From the NCBI GenBank assembly GCA_903863885.1, contig CAIPEB010000326.1, positions 1 to 55,907 on the forward strand: 55,907 nt of DNA. The letters run 5' to 3'. Below, piece by piece: positions 29,046 through 37,929 of this stretch. The translations under genes were made by a program, and so were the position numbers. The notes under the pieces are model-generated. The model saw only the letters and a list, made by a program, of their open reading frames with translations, did not search any database and was not told the DNA's origin. The number at the start of each line of letters is the position of its first letter. Position 1 is the first letter of the stretch. The stretch is from an uncultured Planctomycetaceae bacterium (GTDB lineage Bacteria > Planctomycetota > Planctomycetia > Pirellulales > Pirellulaceae).

Positions 29046-29075
29046 CAATAGCTAAGTGATATCACTTAGCTATTG
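29046..29075. promoter_or_regulatory. 30-bp perfect palindrome CAATAGCTAAGTGAT|ATCACTTAGCTATTG, candidate operator (or terminator hairpin)
   Basis: Seen directly; AT-rich relative to the genome; 26 bp upstream of the SPFH start codon. Confidence 0.5.
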
Positions 29076-29217
29076 TTCGTGCAACCGTCGCGGATATTGG
29101 GGCGGGGAGAAGAGTCTCGAGGCGGGAGTCCGAAGACCGGAGGCGGGAAATCGCCTATCCTATTGTGTAGTAAAGACTACCGACTGCAGTCGAATGGCAT
29201 CACGCGGGATCCGCGGA

Positions 29218-30291
29218 TCAGCGATAGGGCTTCCATTCGGGGCGAGCTACTTCGACGGGGGCCGTCGCGGGTAGCCGTTTGGGTGCCGGCGACGTTCTTT
29301 CCGACGGGGCAGTCTGGCCCCCGCGGGAAATCCACTGGTCGCCACTGCGGCGAGGCACTCCGAGCGGCAGTGCGCTGGCCGACTCGAGTTGGCGTCCGTC
29401 TGCGGTCACGTAGCGAACGACAACTTGCAGGCGTCGATCTTGAGGAGGCCGCTCGGGCCAGGGCAGCTTGAGCTGGATTCCCCGGCTGTTGTCCGACTTG
29501 CGCATCTGCTGATCGACCTGAGTCGAATCGAGATCCCAGCGAGCGAATCGCTTTTTTTCGCCGGCTGCGGCCGGATTGAGAACGACAATGCTGACCGGGC
29601 CGGCCAGCGGCAGGTACTTGCCCTCACGATTTCGAGGTTCGATCACCAGATTGATGCCATCTTCGCCCGTTCTTCCGTCCCAATCGCTCGCCGCAGAAAG
29701 GTCGCTGTTGATCCAGATCTGGTCGACTCGAGGGTCGTTAAGATCCAGCATCGCCACAGCGCGATCGGCTGCTGCATTCGAGCCGGGGCGAGCCGGGCCT
29801 CGCGGATTGCCGGAGGAGGTCGGCAAAGAGGCCGGCGGATCGGTGGGGGTGCCCGGTTCGACGACGGGTGGCCGCAGGGGGCCGAGTTCTTCCTCGGGCT
29901 GCGACGTCGCGGGCGGAGCCGGTTCCGATGGCGAAGCGGGCATTTCGATGGTGGGCGGCTGGATATCCGGCACGCTCAGTCGATCGGGGCCTGCGGAGGG
30001 AGTTGCCGGCGAACTGCTGCCGGTGCTCGCGCGGCCCTTGCGGAGCTGTTCATTTTCCTTGCGGAGGCGCTCGATTTCCTTTGTCTTGGATTCGGCATCG
30101 AACTGGGCTTCGTAGAGCTGGTCTTCGACTGACCGCCGCGCGGCATTCTGAAGTTCGATGTGCGCGGCAAGATACGGATCGTTGCGACAACCCAATGCGA
30201 GTCCGCATGCTATGCAGAGCATGGCGAGATATCGATTGGATTTCGGGGGGATCGATTGGTTGCCGCGGGGGCGTTTGGGTTGTCCATCCAT
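29218..30291 (-). CDS. hypothetical proline-rich lipoprotein with N-terminal coiled coil
   Basis: Lipobox LAMLCIACGLALGC; long ORF; Pro/Ser-rich low complexity middle. Confidence 0.6.
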   Translation of the reverse strand: MDGQPKRPRGNQSIPPKSNRYLAMLCIACGLALGCRNDPYLAAHIELQNAARRSVEDQLYEAQFDAESKTKEIERLRKENEQLRKGRASTGSSSPATPSAGPDRLSVPDIQPPTIEMPASPSEPAPPATSQPEEELGPLRPPVVEPGTPTDPPASLPTSSGNPRGPARPGSNAAADRAVAMLDLNDPRVDQIWINSDLSAASDWDGRTGEDGINLVIEPRNREGKYLPLAGPVSIVVLNPAAAGEKKRFARWDLDSTQVDQQMRKSDNSRGIQLKLPWPERPPQDRRLQVVVRYVTADGRQLESASALPLGVPRRSGDQWISRGGQTAPSERTSPAPKRLPATAPVEVARPEWKPYR

Positions 30292-30308
30292 GGCTGAACC
30301 CTTGGCGG

Positions 30309-30902
30309 CTATTTTGCCGCATCTACGCGTTCGATCACTTTGTCGATCAGTCGATATTCCATGGCCTCATCGGCCGTCATGAAGCGATCGCGGTCAGTGT
30401 CCTTCTCGATGCGATCCAGCGGATGGCCCGTGTGCTTGATCAGGATCTGGTTCATCCGCTCCTTGATGCGTTTGAACTCGCGGGCGTGAATGGCGATTTC
30501 TTCGGCGGTGCCCTGCATTCCGGCCAGCGGCTGGTGGATCATGATTCGTGCGTTGGGAAGCGCAAATCGCTTTCCGGTTGCGCCGGCGGTCAGCAGGATT
30601 GCGCCCATCGACGCGGCCTGTCCGATGCAGTAGGTCGCAACGTCGCACGCCACGAACTGCATCGTGTCGTAAATCGCCATGCCGGCGCTCACGCTTCCGC
30701 CGGGCGAGTTGATATACAGGTGGATGTCGGCGCGGGGATCTTCCGATTGCAGGAAGAGCATCTGGGCGACGATGCAATTGGCGATTTCGTCATCAACGCC
30801 CGTGCCGAGAAAGATGATGCGGTCCTTGAGCAGCCGGCTGTAAATGTCGTAAACCCGCTCTTCACGGCCGCTCTTCTCGATGACGTACGGTATGGTTGGC
30901 AT
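30309..30902 (-). CDS. clpP: ATP-dependent Clp protease proteolytic subunit
   Basis: Near-identical to canonical ClpP over its length ([23 protein letters not shown]..., Ser-His-Asp triad context GQAASMG, IMIHQP); start MPTIPYV with GGAG RBS. The alternative upstream start at 30917 is possible. Confidence 0.9.
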   Translation of the reverse strand: MPTIPYVIEKSGREERVYDIYSRLLKDRIIFLGTGVDDEIANCIVAQMLFLQSEDPRADIHLYINSPGGSVSAGMAIYDTMQFVACDVATYCIGQAASMGAILLTAGATGKRFALPNARIMIHQPLAGMQGTAEEIAIHAREFKRIKERMNQILIKHTGHPLDRIEKDTDRDRFMTADEAMEYRLIDKVIERVDAAK

Positions 30903-30988
30903 CGCCGCTCGCTCCATTCGCTCTTGACCGGGGGCTGGTCGTCGTGCCGGTCTTCCCGGATAACGCACTACCTCGGCCTATGAGTTCT

Positions 30989-31654
30989 TCAACTCGATTT
31001 GGGGCCGTCCCAGGGCTTTTCGTTCTCGTCCTCGTCGCTTTCCGGTTTGGTCAGGATGGAATCGACGAGGCCGTATTCCTTGGCTTGTTCCGGGGTCAGG
31101 AACAGATCCCGATCCGTGTCCTTGGCGATCGCGGCAAGTTCCCTGCCGGTGTGCCGCGACAAGATGTCGTTCAGCATCTCGCGATTTCGCAGGATTTCGT
31201 TCGCCTGGATTTCAATGTCGCTGACCTGGCCGCTCACACCGCCGAACGGCTGATGCAGCAGCACCCGCGAATGAGGCAGTGCGAATCTCTTGCCTTTGGT
31301 ACCGCCTGCCAGCAGCACGGCAGCACCGCTGGCTGCCTGACCGACGCAGTACGTGGCGACCGGGCAACTGAGAATCTGCATCGTGTCGTAAATCGCCAGC
31401 GTCGAGATCACGTCGCCGCCGGGCGAATTCAAATAGAAGTGGATGTCTTTGCGCCGGTTTTCGCTCTGCAGATAGAGCAGCTTCATCACCACTTCGTTGG
31501 CGTTGCCGGTGTAAATCTCGCCCTGGAGAAACACGATACGGTTTTCCAGGAGCAAATCACCGAGCGTAAGCTGACGCTGTCGTTGATACGACTGGTACGA
31601 GTACGAGTTGAGTAGGGGTGCCGACGATCCGCTCATGGCAGCAGCATCCTTCAT
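30989..31654 (-). CDS. clpP: ATP-dependent Clp protease proteolytic subunit paralog
   Basis: Second ClpP (LGDLLLENRIVFLQGEIYTGNANEVVMKLLYLQ...GQAASGAAVLLAGG...VLLHQP) with acidic C-terminal tail; tandem with clpP1. Confidence 0.85.
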   Translation of the reverse strand: MKDAAAMSGSSAPLLNSYSYQSYQRQRQLTLGDLLLENRIVFLQGEIYTGNANEVVMKLLYLQSENRRKDIHFYLNSPGGDVISTLAIYDTMQILSCPVATYCVGQAASGAAVLLAGGTKGKRFALPHSRVLLHQPFGGVSGQVSDIEIQANEILRNREMLNDILSRHTGRELAAIAKDTDRDLFLTPEQAKEYGLVDSILTKPESDEDENEKPWDGPKSS

Positions 31655-31754
31655 CTCTGGCGGCAGGCCGAGTCACGCGCCGCAAATTTCGCGGGGGAAG
31701 GGGTTGCGAGCCAAGCCGCCTGCGGCTCGACTCCCAGGCACAGCCGCAGCAGAC

Positions 31755-33242
31755 TCAGCTATGCGTCGAAGTCCCGGGCAACTCCTCGGCTTCGCCCTGG
31801 TACTTCGCGTCCGGTATCTCGGCATCGGCGTCATGGCCGCCGATAGCATGGTCGATCCCTGCGGTGTCCTCGCGATGGGGCTCGAAGGGCACATCCGTGA
31901 ATTCGGCGTGTGATGTGATCAGTGCAATCACCTTGCGCTCGACGATCTGATTGCGCAGCGAATCCATCTGGCCCCGCTTCTCAAGACGGGCTCTCACGCG
32001 TCGAGGCGATTCCTGGCTTTGGGCTGCAATCAGTTTCACTTCCGCATCGTAGTCGCCGGGCGCGGCGTCAACTTTTTCTTCTTCCGCAATGCGTTCCAGG
32101 ATGAAATGTTCCTTCAACGCAACCGCCGTCGTCTGCTCGCTGTTCTGACGCAGCTGATTTTGGTATGCGCGGATGAATTCATCCGAGAAACCGCTTGCTC
32201 GCAATTCGAGCACGGCTCGCTCCAGTTCACGCCGCGACTGACGACGCAGCAGGTCGGAGGGCAGTTCCCAGTCCGCAGACTGCACCAGCAGACCGCTGAT
32301 CTGCTTGCGAATCTGCTGCTGCTGGTAGTAATTCAACTGTCTTTCGAGTTCATCCCGAACCGCGTTTCGCAGTTCGTCTTCGTCCTCGAATCCGCCGATG
32401 GAGTCCAGGAAGCTCGGAGTCAGTTCCGGCAGTTGCATTCCCTTGACGTCAACGACTCGAATCTCGACGTCAAGTTCCTTGCCTCGCATCTCTTCGCGAT
32501 CGGCTTGGTCGCTGATCTTCGCCTTCACCGAACGGCAGTCGCCCGCTTTGGCTCCGATCATGAGCGAATCAAAACCGTCGATCGTCGTATCGCGGAAGCT
32601 CAACTTCGGACGGATTTCAACGGTCTGTTCGGTGATTTCCGATACGACGTGATCGCCGTCCTTGCTCACCACCTGAATCGTAACGCGATCGTCCGCTTCG
32701 GCCGGACCTTCCTTCGACGTCAATTGCCCGTAACGAGCCAGCAATTTGCGGAGATGAGCCTGAATATCGGCATCCGTGTACTCACGGACCGGTCGCTTCA
32801 GGTTCAGTCCTTTCCATTGCGGCAGGTCGAATTCCGGCCGGACTTCGATCTCGAACTCGAACGTCAACGGCCCCTCTTCCGGCAATTCGATCGCTTCAAA
32901 ATCGAAGTCGGGCTCGCTGATCGCCGAAAAAGAAGAGTCTTCGTTGATCTGGGTCACGCTGTCCATCAACAGCGAACCTTTGACCTGATTGGCCATCTGC
33001 TCGCGGAACCGCGTTTCGACCAGCTTCCTCGGGGCTCGTCCGGGACGAAAACCCGGGACTTCAGCCTTCGGGGCCAGATCGTCGAAAGCTTCCTTGAAAT
33101 ACCGATCGATATCGGCGCGCGGAACCGTCACCGTCACATGGCGTTTGCATGCACCACGCTTTTCGACTTTGATCTCGAGAGCCAACTTGGCCTTCGGCGT
33201 CTCTTCGGCTTCGTTTGCCAAATCGATTTCGGGATTTGCCAT
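31755..33242 (-). CDS. tig: trigger factor (ribosome-associated PPIase chaperone)
   Basis: N-terminal ribosome-binding domain (GFRPGRAPRKLVE), FKBP-like middle, C-terminal arm; classic tig-clpP order. Confidence 0.9.
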   Translation of the reverse strand: MANPEIDLANEAEETPKAKLALEIKVEKRGACKRHVTVTVPRADIDRYFKEAFDDLAPKAEVPGFRPGRAPRKLVETRFREQMANQVKGSLLMDSVTQINEDSSFSAISEPDFDFEAIELPEEGPLTFEFEIEVRPEFDLPQWKGLNLKRPVREYTDADIQAHLRKLLARYGQLTSKEGPAEADDRVTIQVVSKDGDHVVSEITEQTVEIRPKLSFRDTTIDGFDSLMIGAKAGDCRSVKAKISDQADREEMRGKELDVEIRVVDVKGMQLPELTPSFLDSIGGFEDEDELRNAVRDELERQLNYYQQQQIRKQISGLLVQSADWELPSDLLRRQSRRELERAVLELRASGFSDEFIRAYQNQLRQNSEQTTAVALKEHFILERIAEEEKVDAAPGDYDAEVKLIAAQSQESPRRVRARLEKRGQMDSLRNQIVERKVIALITSHAEFTDVPFEPHREDTAGIDHAIGGHDADAEIPDAKYQGEAEELPGTSTHS

Positions 33243-33286
33243 CGGTGTGCAGCTACGTCAAACGGTGCGTGTGTCAAATAAAAAAG

Positions 33287-33359
33287 AGCGGGTGATGGGA
33301 ATCGAACCCACGACAACAACGTTGGCAACGTTGTGCTCTGCCAACTGAGCTACACCCGC
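33287..33359 (-). tRNA. tRNA-Gly (anticodon GCC), 73 nt, CCA not encoded
   Basis: Reverse complement folds as a cloverleaf: acceptor GCGGGTG/CACCCGC, D-arm GCTCAGTTGGCAGAGC, anticodon stem-loop CAACG-TTGCCAA-CGTTG, T-arm GTGGGTTCGATTCCCAT, discriminator U; followed by a T-run. Confidence 0.85.
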
Positions 33360-33607
33360 TTCTTTCGTCACCCGCTAGGCAGGGCGACGCTTCAGCAACT
33401 TCATGGGATTATAGAAGCGACATATCTCGTTGCAAGGCCAGTTACGCGGTCCGAGGGGCCTTCGCGACAGATTCATCCAGTTCCCGCAGTTCGCCGCGAA
33501 GGTCCTGCCTCCAGTTTTGCCCCATTTCCTGCGGTAATGCCCGCAGTCTCGGGCTGCTACGGCGTCCACGGGGCTGTCTCTGCGGAATTTTCCGGTTGGA
33601 ACGCCGG

Positions 33608-34258
33608 TCACAGACGCAGCATAGCGCGCAGTGCTTGCGTTGCTTGGGCCGGATTGTGAATCAGGCAGGTCGTCAAGACGGCGATCAGCACAATTGAAAT
33701 TCCAACCAGCGTGAATCCGATGGCGTTCCGCTTGCCGGGAGTGGCAGCCAGCAATCCGGCCAGCGCCCGTTCCAGTCGCCGCCAGCCTTCGTAGCTTTGA
33801 TGCGGGCCTGCTGCGACCAGTTGCACGGTACGCATTGCCGGCGAGGATTCGACATAGAGCTGCACTCCGAGTTTCGGGATCGCCAGGCTCTCCCCCGCCC
33901 ATCGCGCATCGCGGTCCAGTTCGGTCACCAGCTGGGCCAGGAGTGGCCGCAGTTGGTCGCGAGTCAGGTTGTAGATGATCAGCCGCGGACGCATCAGCAG
34001 TGCGAGCAGTGTCAGGCACAGTGCGTAAAGTGCCAGCAGCAGAATCCAGACGTATGCCCCCATGTGGAAGGCCATGGTCTCGGGGAAAAAGAGTTCAACC
34101 GGGCCGCACATGACAAAGCCACTGACGGCAATTCCTAATGCGGCACTGTCCCGGGCTCCGTTGATTACCACCGGGCGCGGACGCAGATTGACCGCGCCGA
34201 CCAACAGGAAGTAGGCGGCGAGCGGTCCGAGCGAAATCGCCAGGTGAATCGCATCCAT
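33608..34258 (-). CDS. hypothetical integral membrane protein (217 aa)
   Basis: Start MDAIHLAISLGPLAAYFLLVGAV (ATG 34256-34258); five or six TM helices; upstream extension of the 325-aa ORF rejected. Confidence 0.5.
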   Translation of the reverse strand: MDAIHLAISLGPLAAYFLLVGAVNLRPRPVVINGARDSAALGIAVSGFVMCGPVELFFPETMAFHMGAYVWILLLALYALCLTLLALLMRPRLIIYNLTRDQLRPLLAQLVTELDRDARWAGESLAIPKLGVQLYVESSPAMRTVQLVAAGPHQSYEGWRRLERALAGLLAATPGKRNAIGFTLVGISIVLIAVLTTCLIHNPAQATQALRAMLRL

Positions 34259-34507
34259 CGGCGAGGTCTTTCTCCCGAGGCCGTCAGCATCCGCAGACCG
34301 CTGCCCAAGGAACAGGCGGTTTCTGTGGTTCGGGGGACTCAGGGGTTTTGTTGCGCGAGGTACTTGATCCGGCTTAATATGCCGCGCTGATCCGGTGGCT
34401 CGCGGCGGACGGGACGCGAAACTCGCGGCCATCGTCGGCGGCCATTGTAAGTTCGGGGCCGGCCGGACGACAAGTTGTCGCATATTGGCGAAGCCGAGGC
34501 GTGCGAA

Positions 34508-34574
34508 GAAGTCCGGAGTCTGGAGTCCGGAGTCTGAAGTCGGGAGACAAGCAAATGCCCATCCGGCATCCCCC
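34508..34574. repeat. composite repeat copy 3 (inverted orientation): (AGTCYGGAG)n, spacer, GCCCATCCGGCATCCC
   Basis: gtccggagtctggagtccggagtctgaagtc ... gcccatccggcatccc is the reverse complement of the GGATGCCGG-spacer-CTCCRGACT architecture seen at 12441-12593 and 37257-37350. Confidence 0.75.
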
Positions 34575-34783
34575 TTCCACTTCACCCTCCTGCGGAAGCG
34601 GGGAGGGTCGACGGCGAGTAACGAGCCGGCGGGGAGGGCTCATCGAACTTCACTTTGGTTTCCTATGACCCTCCCCGGATAACTCGCTAACGCTCGTTCC
34701 CGACCTTCTCCCAAAAGGAGGGTTAAGGATGCCGAGTACCGACTACCGGCATCGCTTTTGATATTCTGCGCGGCGAAGGCCTT

Positions 34784-36382
34784 TCATTTCACCTCCGCAT
34801 CGGCAGCGTCCTTCCGCGGCGGGATCGGTTTCTCTTCGGAATCTTTGCCAAGCCGGATCAGGGACTCCGGCAGTTCGATGCCGCCGATGTCTTTCATTAC
34901 CTGCATCATGGGTGGCAGGCTTCGGGAAATGCCGCTGAGAAAATCGGCCGTACTGCTCCGCCCGTTCTGGCCGCCGTTTTCCCAGACGACGATTTTGTCG
35001 AACTTGATATTGGAGATCGCGCGGGCCGAAGTTTCGGCGAGCCGATCGAGATGTTCCAGCATCAGCAGCTGGAATGCGCGGTCGGCGCCGCCGCAGGCCT
35101 CGACGATCTGTTTGAGGCCTTCGCCCTTCTTGGCCAGGATTTCAAACTGGCCCCTGGCCTCCGCCGCGAGCTTCGCGTAGTTCGCATCCGCTTCGGCCTG
35201 AGCGTCGATGCGTTTTCTTTCCGCTTCGGCTTCCGCCTGAACCACGATACGGGCTTTTTCCGCTTTGGCAGGCGCCTCGAGTTGTGCGCGTTTCTCGGCT
35301 TCCACTCGTTCGGCCTCTGCGAGCATCGCCTTGGCCATCGCACGGTTCTGGACTTCGAGCACTGCGGCTTCTGCTTCCCGCTTCCGGCTTTCGCCGATCT
35401 GGTACGCCTCGGCTTTTCTCACCTGCAATTCGGCCTGCGAACCGGCGATCTTCGCCTGCGAGAGGTTTTCGCCTTCGATTGCCTCCGCATCGGCGGCAGC
35501 CACGCGAATACGCTTGTCGCGTTCCGCCGCCTTCACCTCGGCTTCCCGGCCGAATGCGGCCTGCTGTTCGCCGACGATCTGCTCCCGTTCCAGATCGGCA
35601 AGCTTGATCTGCTGGTCCCGCTCCGCCTCACGCGTCCCGATCGCCTGGTCGCGGCGCGAATTGGCGACCTGGATCGACTTGTCGCGTTCGGCCGTGGCGA
35701 CGCGCGTTTCGCCCATGCGCAAGTTGTCCGCCACGTCGCCGCGAGCCTTCTGGATGGCCTCCGATGCGGCCTTCTGGCCGATGGCGTCGATATAACCCGA
35801 CTCGTCCGTGATGTCCGTGATGTTGACGTTGATGAGTTGAAGGCCGATCTTGCTCAACTCAGGCTCGAGCGAATGCTGCACGTGCTTGAGGAACACGTCG
35901 CGGTCGCGATTGATCTCCTCGATGTGCATCGAAGCGATGACCTGCCGCAGTTGGCCGAAGATCATTTCCTCGGCCTGCTTGCGGATCTCCGCGGCGGAAA
36001 GCCCGAGCAGTCGCACGGCCGCGTTCTGCATGACCTCGGGCCGCGTATCGACGGCGACCGTGAAGACGCTCGGCACGTTTACCCGGATGTTCTCCGCGGA
36101 CAACGCACCGCGAAGCGGCACTTCGATCTGGATCGGCTCGAGGCTCAGGTACGCGAAGTCCTGCAGAAGCGGTACCACGAATGCGGCACCGCCATGAATC
36201 GTGCGCGCCGCGCCGCCTTTGTTCGTGCGGCCGTAAATCACCAGCACGCGGTTACTCGGACACCGCTTGTATTGCCGCGAGAAGAGAATCACCACCATCA
36301 GGAAGAACATGGCCGCGAAGCCCGCTGCGACGAGCACCGGGACCCACCAGTCGGCGGCCGCGATAATCATGGTTGAAGACAT
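34784..36382 (-). CDS. flotillin-family SPFH protein (FloA/YqiK-like)
   Basis: N-terminal TM, SPFH domain, very long Ala/Glu-rich coiled coil (EAEAERKRIDAQAEADANYAKLAAEARGQ), flotillin C-terminus; start MSSTMIIAAADWW (ATG 36380-36382). Confidence 0.85.
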   Translation of the reverse strand: MSSTMIIAAADWWVPVLVAAGFAAMFFLMVVILFSRQYKRCPSNRVLVIYGRTNKGGAARTIHGGAAFVVPLLQDFAYLSLEPIQIEVPLRGALSAENIRVNVPSVFTVAVDTRPEVMQNAAVRLLGLSAAEIRKQAEEMIFGQLRQVIASMHIEEINRDRDVFLKHVQHSLEPELSKIGLQLINVNITDITDESGYIDAIGQKAASEAIQKARGDVADNLRMGETRVATAERDKSIQVANSRRDQAIGTREAERDQQIKLADLEREQIVGEQQAAFGREAEVKAAERDKRIRVAAADAEAIEGENLSQAKIAGSQAELQVRKAEAYQIGESRKREAEAAVLEVQNRAMAKAMLAEAERVEAEKRAQLEAPAKAEKARIVVQAEAEAERKRIDAQAEADANYAKLAAEARGQFEILAKKGEGLKQIVEACGGADRAFQLLMLEHLDRLAETSARAISNIKFDKIVVWENGGQNGRSSTADFLSGISRSLPPMMQVMKDIGGIELPESLIRLGKDSEEKPIPPRKDAADAEVK

Positions 36383-36416
36383 CGTTGAAATCTCCGAGTT
36401 GTTCGTGCCGTCCCAG

Positions 36417-37055
36417 TCAGTCTGTCCGGTTGCCCGAGGCGTCTTCGTCCCGTTTCCGTGGAGCAACTTCCACCAGTCCCGGTCCGACGATCCGCTCGAC
36501 GACTACTTCTGTTCCTGCCGGTAAGTCGCAATCCGCGGAAGTCATGGCCGCGTATTCGACCAGTCGTTCCTGCAGGCCGATTTGAACCTTCCCTTCGCCC
36601 CTGCGATTCGCGGGTACGGGCAGGTAAACTGTTGCCGGGCGTCCGACCGCCCGTTCGATTCGCAGCGTGTGGTCCTGGCCGAGCCGAAACATGGTCTGCA
36701 TGATCCAGTGCACCGCAACCATCGCGCTGCCTCCGCATACCAGCCCAATAGCGATGGCCTCCAGAGGTGTGCGATCGCCGCGCAGTGCCGCATAGCCGGT
36801 CAATCCGAAAAATGTCACTGCGGCGACAATCGTGCGAACGGAAATGATGCTGAAGAGCCAGGTCGAGTTGTGCGTCGAAGAATCCTGAGTGTGCCCGTGG
36901 CCCATTCCGTCATGTGCGTCGGCCATGCCAAAGTCGTGCGGCACCTCGTGGGAAACCTCCATGTCGCTGCTTCCCATGCCGGCCAGAGTCAAAAGAAACT
37001 GGCAGACGAAGATCGCTCCCCCGACGGCGGCGCAGACTAGATAAAACGTCTCCAT
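36417..37055 (-). CDS. NfeD-like (YqiJ-type) membrane protein, flotillin partner
   Basis: N-terminal TM helices, central His/Asp-rich loop, C-terminal OB-fold-like beta region (GEGKVQIGLQERLVEYAAMTSADCDLPAGTEVVVERIVG); 35 nt upstream of the flotillin gene; start METFYLV with AAGGA RBS. Confidence 0.7.
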   Translation of the reverse strand: METFYLVCAAVGGAIFVCQFLLTLAGMGSSDMEVSHEVPHDFGMADAHDGMGHGHTQDSSTHNSTWLFSIISVRTIVAAVTFFGLTGYAALRGDRTPLEAIAIGLVCGGSAMVAVHWIMQTMFRLGQDHTLRIERAVGRPATVYLPVPANRRGEGKVQIGLQERLVEYAAMTSADCDLPAGTEVVVERIVGPGLVEVAPRKRDEDASGNRTD

Positions 37056-37256
37056 GGATCGAAATCCTTGCCGTGCTTCGACGACGCGTGCAGTGGGAAT
37101 TCGCGGATCGGGCGTCGTTATTGGAAGTGGGCACGTCTTCGAATCATCGTTCGCGTCCGATCGGGCGTCAAACGAAATTCGATGCCGGCGGTTCGCTTTG
37201 ACGACTCGCCATCCGCCGGTCGGTCGATATACTGGCCCGTCGTGCGGGAGTGGGGA

Positions 37257-37350
37257 CCGGATGCCGGTCGCCGGATGCCGGTCGCCGGATGCCGGATTGG
37301 AAGTTCGTGTTCCTCCAGACTCCAGACTCCAGACTCCAGACTCCAGACTC
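37257..37350. repeat. composite repeat copy 2: (CCGGATGCCGGTCG)x3, GGAAGTTCGTGTTC spacer, (CTCCAGACT)x5
   Basis: Seen directly in the divergent intergenic region between the NfeD-like gene and the CbiX-like gene; the spacer GGAAGTYYGTGTTCCTCCAGACTCCAG is shared with copy 1. Confidence 0.85.
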
Positions 37351-37365
37351 TTAGAACTGCGACGC

Positions 37366-37842
37366 ATGAACGAGAGCAGCGGCAAATCGCGAAGTCAGCC
37401 TTGGCCCGGCGAGCGGGTCGCAGTGATCGTCGTGGATCACGGCTCTCGACGCGATGACGCGAATCGGATGCTCGAGGAGTTAACGCGTTCGCTGGCCGAC
37501 GCGACCGGCTGCCACATCGTGGAACCGGCCCACATGGATCTTGCCGAACCGTCGCTGGAGACTGCGTTTGCGCGGTGCGTGCAGCGGGGGGCACAGTTGG
37601 TGGTCGTCCATCCGTATTTTCTGTTTCCGGGCCGTCACTGGGAGGCCGATATTCCTGATCTCGTGTCGAGAGCCGCAGGCCGGCACCCGGGTGTTCGATA
37701 TCTCATCACCGCGCCGCTGGGCCTGCATCCTCTGATGATTGACGTGATCGCCGATCGCGTGGATCAGTGCCTCGGGCACGCCGGCGGAACCGGCAGCGCA
37801 TGCGCGGTCTGCGAAGGAACGAAAAGGTGTCGGATCAGGTAA
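37366..37842 (+). CDS. CbiX/SirB-type small class II chelatase (sirohydrochlorin cobalto/ferro-chelatase family)
   Basis: VAVIVVDHGSRRDDANRMLEEL... and second half-site HPYFLFPGRHW are CbiX-S signatures; ATG at 37366 verified. Confidence 0.7.
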   Translation: MNESSGKSRSQPWPGERVAVIVVDHGSRRDDANRMLEELTRSLADATGCHIVEPAHMDLAEPSLETAFARCVQRGAQLVVVHPYFLFPGRHWEADIPDLVSRAAGRHPGVRYLITAPLGLHPLMIDVIADRVDQCLGHAGGTGSACAVCEGTKRCRIR

Positions 37843-37929
37843 CCGCTTCAGCGGGTGAACTCCGTAATTCTTCAGTGCAACAAGTCTCTGAAAGTCATTG
37901 AGCGCCCTCAGTTTCCGGGCGAGATTCCA

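Noticed and set aside
32019-33281. 420-aa plus-strand ORF
   Set aside because: Antisense to trigger factor.
33287-33359. tRNA gene as an integration hotspot or genomic island boundary
   Set aside because: No integrase, direct-repeat copy of the tRNA 3' end, or compositional shift nearby.
35051-36376. 441-aa plus-strand ORF
   Set aside because: Antisense to the flotillin gene; Arg/Leu-rich nonsense.
36417-37385. N-terminal 110 aa of the 322-aa ORF
   Set aside because: The extension is translation of the intergenic composite repeat (SLESGVWSLESGG). The real NfeD-like protein starts at METFYLV with an RBS.
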